DNA of 18,154 nucleotides. Origin: Candidatus Bruticola sp. (GTDB taxonomy: Bacteria; Vulcanimicrobiota; Xenobia; Xenobiales; Xenobiaceae). Below, piece after piece: positions 16,788 to 18,154 of this stretch. The first letter of the stretch is position 1, and each line of letters begins with the position of its first letter. Position numbers and translations under genes: made by a program. The notes below the pieces were generated by a model. It was not told where the DNA came from. It saw only the letters and a program-made list of their open reading frames with translations, and did no database searches. Location of the stretch: the NCBI GenBank assembly GCA_051874735.1, contig JBJEGD010000008.1, forward strand, positions 1 through 18,154, written 5' to 3'.

Positions 16788-18023
16788 ATGTCAGTAAATT
16801 TAAACAGCACGCCCTCAGCTAACCGCGTTCATATCGGCTTTTTCGGCAGACGCAACAGCGGCAAATCTTCTCTAATTAACGCCATAACTAGGCAAAATGT
16901 ATCTATAGTGTCAGATCGAGCCGGCACCACTACAGACCCGGTTTCAAAGCCTATGGAGATTCACGGTTTAGGTCCGTGCATTTTGATAGATACTGCAGGT
17001 TTTGACGACGACGAGGATGTGTTAGGGGCTGAACGCGTCCAGAAAACAAAAAATGCAGCAGATAAGGCGGATCTAGCCTTAATTTTATTATCGGCAGCTA
17101 AAGAAAATCGATCTGCCCTTGACAATTTGACCATAGAAAAAGAATGGTTCACAACTTTCAAAAATAAAGGAATCTGTGTTCTTTGGGTTGTTACGCAAAT
17201 AGACAGAGCTTCAGAAGAAACTATGGCCCAAATTAAAGCAAAGTTGGCTGACCTGGGAGTAGCTGAACCTATTTTAGTAAGTGTCCAACAACCAGATACT
17301 GTAGAAACACTAAAAAAATCACTTATTGAAATTTACACCCCTCAAGAGCAACGCACTATTTTAGGGAATTTAGTAAAAGCAAACGATTTAGTGCTTTTAG
17401 TTATGCCTCAAGATATTCAAGCTCCCCAAGGGCGACTGATTCTTCCCCAAGTGCAAACTATTCGCGAACTTTTAGATCGCCAATGTACAGTTGCAGCTGC
17501 AACAGTAAAAAACTTAAAAGAAACTTTAAATTCTTTGGCCAAAACTCCCGATTTAATTATTACTGACTCTCAGGCCTTCAGTGAAGTTTATAGTCTAAAG
17601 CCTAAAGAGAGCCGACTCACTTCTTTTTCCATTCTTTTTGCCGCTTATAAAGGAGACTTAGAATACTATTTACAGGGAGCTAATAAACTGGCTGAATTTA
17701 AGGAAAGCTCCCGAGTTCTTATAGCGGAATGCTGCAGCCATGCTCCTTTACAGGAAGACATAGGCAGAGTAAAGCTGCCCAAACTGCTGCGCCGCCGATT
17801 TGGAGCGAATTTAAACATAGATATTGTCAGCGGTCAGGATTTTCCGCAAAACCTTACCCCTTACGATTTGATTATTCAATGTGGAGCCTGTATGTTCAAT
17901 AGACGTCACGTGCTTTCACGTATTGCCAGAGCTAAAGAACAACAAGTTTGCATGAGCAATTACGGCTTAGTGCTGGCTCTGTTGCATAAATTGCCGCTGC
18001 ACGAGTGCGCTTTACCTATGTAA
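16788..18023 (+). CDS. hydF: [FeFe]-hydrogenase maturation GTPase HydF
   Basis: GRRNSGKS P-loop, GTTTDPV, DTAG, AP.GRLILPQVQT.RE.LD, ITDSQAF, LTSFS and Fe-S motif CSH...QCGAC. ATG 16788 lies 7 nt after AAGGA. Confidence 0.96.
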   Translation: MSVNLNSTPSANRVHIGFFGRRNSGKSSLINAITRQNVSIVSDRAGTTTDPVSKPMEIHGLGPCILIDTAGFDDDEDVLGAERVQKTKNAADKADLALILLSAAKENRSALDNLTIEKEWFTTFKNKGICVLWVVTQIDRASEETMAQIKAKLADLGVAEPILVSVQQPDTVETLKKSLIEIYTPQEQRTILGNLVKANDLVLLVMPQDIQAPQGRLILPQVQTIRELLDRQCTVAAATVKNLKETLNSLAKTPDLIITDSQAFSEVYSLKPKESRLTSFSILFAAYKGDLEYYLQGANKLAEFKESSRVLIAECCSHAPLQEDIGRVKLPKLLRRRFGANLNIDIVSGQDFPQNLTPYDLIIQCGACMFNRRHVLSRIARAKEQQVCMSNYGLVLALLHKLPLHECALPM

Positions 18024-18063
18024 AGGGAGCAGAGTTTAAAATATTTAATGATAGGTAAAGCAG

Positions 18064-18154
18064 ATGAGTAACAATAAAGTGCCTTCTATTCGTTTTGGCG
18101 GTTTTGATAAGGCTTGGGAAGAGCGCAAGTTGGGTGAAGTTGTATGTATAACAT
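18064..18154 (+). CDS. hsdS: type I restriction-modification specificity subunit, 5' fragment cut by the window end
   Basis: ATG 18064 translates to MSNNKVPSIRFGGFDKAWEERKLGEVVCIT, the characteristic HsdS N-terminal conserved block (VP.IRF.GF...WE.RKLGE). Not in the ORF track. Confidence 0.85.
   Translation, partial: MSNNKVPSIRFGGFDKAWEERKLGEVVCIT

Noticed and set aside
8151-18154. Two oppositely oriented hsdS genes acting as ends of a 10-kb invertible segment
   Set aside because: Their conserved blocks differ at the DNA level (TGGGAGACCAAACCTTTGGGG versus TGGGAAGAGCGCAAGTTGGGT). I saw no shared inverted repeat and no recombinase.
1-18154. CRISPR array, tRNA genes, IS elements or integrase
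   Set aside because: I saw no regularly spaced repeats, cloverleaf motifs, transposase or recombinase ORFs by eye.

Overview
AT-rich chromosomal window, probably from an anaerobic bacterium. The left edge carries a minus-strand sigma70-type promoter with a boxB/boxA-like leader running off the window, probably an rRNA or tRNA operon. Next come a lipoprotein, a UPF0597/CyuA-type cysteine desulfidase, a GNAT acetyltransferase, a DUF2939-like membrane protein, a LysN/ARO8-type PLP aminotransferase and a stand-alone glgB. The middle holds an odd set of genes: an orphan, strongly acidic HsdS with altered DNA-contact motifs, a divergent B12-binding radical SAM enzyme, a HIT hydrolase, a Cys-clustered unknown protein and a TerY-like vWA protein with a degenerate MIDAS site. 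The right part encodes rubredoxin and the [FeFe]-hydrogenase maturation cluster TM1266-hydE-hydG-hydF, with no hydA in the window. A second, canonical hsdS starts in the last 91 bp and is missing from the ORF track. The most notable observations are the intact but apparently 'disarmed' HsdS, the MIDAS-degenerate vWA protein and a long G-U-rich hairpin that sequesters the aminotransferase Shine-Dalgarno sequence. All family calls come from motif recognition by eye, not from database searches.
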